Assembly (NCBI GenBank): GCA_964057225.1
Contig: OZ059897.1
Location: forward strand, 10,230,001 to 10,294,000
Source: Auanema rhodensis
Taxonomy: Eukaryota > Animalia > Nematoda
Direction of reading: 5' to 3'
DNA length: 64,000 nucleotides
The number at the start of each line of letters is the position of its first letter. Position 1 is the stretch's first letter. The notes beneath the pieces are model-generated. The model saw nothing but the letters and a program-made list of their open reading frames with translations, did no database searches and was not told the DNA's origin. Made by a program: the position numbers and the translations under genes. Shown piece after piece: positions 62,801 through 64,000 of this stretch.

Positions 62801-64000
62801 CCGGAGCGCGTATCTTCAGTAACTTTGATCTAGTATCTGGATTCTTTCAAATCCCTCTTAGATCAGAAGATAGACACCTCACCGCATTCACTACTACGAG
62901 CGGAACTTATCAATACTGCAGAATGCCGATGGGACTCTGCGGAGCTCCACACACATTCCAAAATGCTGTACGATATTTACAACAACACGTACGATGCAAG
63001 CTCTTCGTCTATCTCGACGATCTACTTCTCATATCGGAATCAACGACGAAACATTTACAAGATATCGACGAAGTACTGAACGCATCAGCAGAGCTAGGAT
63101 TAAAAATCAAGCTTAAGAAATGTACCTTCGGACAACAAGAAGTCAAATTCCTAGGATTCATTGTTGGACACGAAGGAATAAAACCAGACCCTCAGAAAGT
63201 AAAAGCAATCCAAGATTATCCAAGACCGAAATCAATAACAGGAGTTCGAGCATTTATGGGAGTTGTGAACTACTTTCGCAGATTTATTAGAAATGCCGCA
63301 GGCATTGCGTCACCACTTTATGAGCTCACGAAAAAGGATACAGCTTTCAAATGGGGAGATGCAGAAGAACAAGCATTTCAACAACTTAAACAGATACTCT
63401 GTCAAGCTCCTGTACTACAAGCACCTATAGCAAAACGACCTTACGTCATTGAAAGCGATGGAAGTATAATTGCAGTTGGCGCAGTACTATTACAGGCTAA
63501 AGACGACAAGGAACCACTTCACCCAATTGCATTTGCCAGCCGAAAACTGAACAAAGCCGAACGGAATTACCCGCCAATTGAAATCGAAGCCCTAGCACTC
63601 ACTTTCGCAGTACATCAATTTCGGACTTACATACTAGGCACACCAATAAGAATCATTACCGATCACAGGCCTCTTACTAGCCTCATGACAAGAAAAGATC
63701 TTATTGGCAGGCTAGCAAAATTTCAAATCGTATTACAAGAATACGACATCGAGATAGTGTATCGCCCAGGACGTCTTAACGGCGTCTGTGATGCACTTTC
63801 ACGATATTTTGAAGACGAAGTCAACGAAGCCAAGGAAAGAAAGAAGAAACCAAAAGAAACTCCTACACACAAAATCTCGACTATTTCAACTATTACGGAC
63901 CTTCGGACCATTCAAGGCAATACAGAATGGATCATGGAAACAAAAGAAAAGATTCGGAACAAAACAGCAGGAAGGCAACTAATGGATCGATATATCGTTG
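56875..64000 (+). CDS. E4 single polyprotein Gag-Env-PR-RT-RNaseH-(IN), >2370 aa, open to window end (absent from ORF track)
   Basis: ATG at 56875 after in-frame TAATAA. Segments translated by hand in this frame: PTLYDGS (57496), signal peptide ~58534-58593, WEAWKC (58741), HRRQKR (59332-59349), WWAILQINPT (60670), TM ~61339-61410, DTG (61702), YLDD (63010), TDHRPL (63658). The ORF track lists no stop-terminated ORF in this frame. Confidence 0.93.
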   Translation, partial: MADAANQNPPPGNIAQNATNSAEKTQTVEAALHRNQRKRGPPDAFRPDAKYPKTNAKSKKLPPIPGTPLTAKKLYTTAIKTTRHAISLNKNKASSSKSTPKRSSHSPKTVVNTGTNTCPPNHTSPQRLVQTANAEILTSPIPRNSPSSTDQSLHGHSLSPVSSSSDNNVNLTSNVTEQRSRPQMAEQMEQDNSPIARAHNVSIRHHKPTLYDGSVPFNLYMQRLEGYFDALQVPIAERLSHLYLLLGTDRAAEALRTIPAEDLRQGWNHVKRILSEKLQPPEKRDAAFTKLTHLKQGEHETVQNFAQRCRNLAYESCNMDSTADERILRVSFLGGLRKTLRTHVNNRSPITFDAAVTIAETVEADEDPSLLVNNLIKDVEQLEINNGLINHMRASQQEKIYDGSQTHQSRTFYGNQSRPQHPQEQWNQRRGGYRSPRYQEDRQNNRHNFRQDNRNNGYQRGYNNYRSPQRYDRYNDRYNSRGNDRYDSRRNDRQEHRGNDRYNRGNCPDRGFQQRNRSTSYGPHNRHRDRTRSPSVRFHVNKVEKETIKTKKTLPFIPLFLSVIALSMIPCQADNTYQLCIGKRGGIFLEPPRPTTCSDYAHKDGVEIITVELFAENMNYKEWEAWKCAKEIYKTCAHDLFFVRENNVTLLRIEPATPQECQTAIQERRHMDNDLNREAPGLFKAPMPSSTQSKSFWASSCTTKSRFTLERGMMTSLHDDTIISDLFINTEGCTKQQGVCNTTNAVITWIPPNDHRNCDYTTLGKFEALINNDTVLISEIQGAFILKNNTPDPIATRCMNTSIYSTDSGTYISIKDLKTHRRQKRMAPQEYPTRFFNITIYKSLRLTDSSTGILPMYQTYRNRKRLDNAYNLMEYLKTSSVHIGFIKFLQLDSSKLKNRLLWHNYTDINMVILHTLAEAEIRLSTKIAIEHLLPSEITAKLSKQITISDFATRLLNYEGDYLDRARQIAIEIAHTPTTLATGETIPSMEDYLYQLYPPRMTKLPRSRTDTQFYTQMDQIQEFLDYLEQNNRLTRISKEQRETENKKWADLTKQANSSAIVFPNYTLIFNGHAQNYGLPKNQPTIRPITDEDSKLFQQAYLQLIESPGASPTTTTTTTTTTTTSTTTTTAPTTTTHRTSPPQPTTTPRRYYYYQSTTTPVTPPPRPLTTTSRRESTRTLPTTRTTTKRATTTQPIEEIKSHTGSQAHLNFLRTRADIIQKYDDQLRQQDTRSHLQYSTSKLEEEILQSFQITKKNVCRMQNKQLLTWWAILQINPTIGIRTMLRRQDISAKFVGEHLIYVMPCTPVQVTRVYSDHKRDDKCYLETPVDTEHHGKLFITPGSRDLTPYAHIIACDMATSDPYRENNQWMKDNSTLNVTNFSFSDELTSVKIDHIKFNNSNIFSNLTESTFPMALAISYGSSLASLQATMPGKLKPVFKHSGLSNLNPIGIIGGTVGTTLMIADNISNNAEKQITNFFGYIGESITAWILRTLAIIGAIIVTIGLITVTIWALKIYACTTRIPINQITFNEQDDERRGEDKQFELKPLITSQQEKLYTRTSRYDPDAPLSDKDFFAYLPRYAMKESRINYIGGSRLPFVPLSIHNQIFTALWDTGASISYMKESTFQQLPAATMVMEKTTAIVANKSRFSFLGYTRIPIIIGKTEIEHKVLISANNHCPAPILLGIDFIEALNKIGINTSLRPLQNSLLIGDTIVPLAQDYAPWTENHTIAHVVSLETKQFYPGETRSLTLEVDDPASYEQAFIRSSQRTGKMSFAPTTFTPTGYGVQIFATNISPDTIVVQTNQGIGTAYAIPKNTEEQKGQYVPPEARWEDQLPYFPEDFIKDLDVTNTIFTQLERQQLKKIVLRNKEAFLNEDRNIGLFKGPVEHSIPIIEGKVPSFKITYRIPLSQQEEVEKQVEEMLEQGIIEPSFSMTTSPVILVKKKDKTYRFVTDFRALNAITQKQIYVISNIQDILDLAAGARIFSNFDLVSGFFQIPLRSEDRHLTAFTTTSGTYQYCRMPMGLCGAPHTFQNAVRYLQQHVRCKLFVYLDDLLLISESTTKHLQDIDEVLNASAELGLKIKLKKCTFGQQEVKFLGFIVGHEGIKPDPQKVKAIQDYPRPKSITGVRAFMGVVNYFRRFIRNAAGIASPLYELTKKDTAFKWGDAEEQAFQQLKQILCQAPVLQAPIAKRPYVIESDGSIIAVGAVLLQAKDDKEPLHPIAFASRKLNKAERNYPPIEIEALALTFAVHQFRTYILGTPIRIITDHRPLTSLMTRKDLIGRLAKFQIVLQEYDIEIVYRPGRLNGVCDALSRYFEDEVNEAKERKKKPKETPTHKISTISTITDLRTIQGNTEWIMETKEKIRNKTAGRQLMDRYIV

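Larger units (their letters stand above)
55411..64000 (+). mobile_element. E4: apparently intact Gypsy-type element nested in E3 in opposite orientation, running off the window
   Basis: Candidate LTR TGTTCCATA...TATGGAACG, 21-nt PBS, ~1.1-kb leader, uninterrupted polyprotein ORF. Confidence 0.9.

Overview
AT-rich eukaryotic DNA, probably nematode (inferred from the tRNA-His core sequence). Most of the window is a tandem array of ~108 tRNA-His(GUG) gene copies in a ~332-bp unit. The array contains an inversion breakpoint at ~7530, higher-order repeat blocks, and a long central domain of copies with mutated A- and B-boxes. Four related but distinct Ty3/Gypsy-type LTR elements (E1-E4) interrupt it. 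Their architecture is unusual: one polyprotein in the order Gag - internal signal peptide - class III (herpes gB/rhabdovirus G-like) fusion glycoprotein - TM - PR - RT - RNase H - IN, so env lies in-frame between gag and pol. The three elements with a visible PBS use tRNA-Gln, and LTRs end in non-canonical CG. Two elements inserted 8 bp apart in the repeat unit, ~75-85 bp upstream of the tRNA position. E4 is nested in E3, and its ORF (56875 to window end, >2370 codons) is missing from the supplied ORF track because it has no stop codon in the window.
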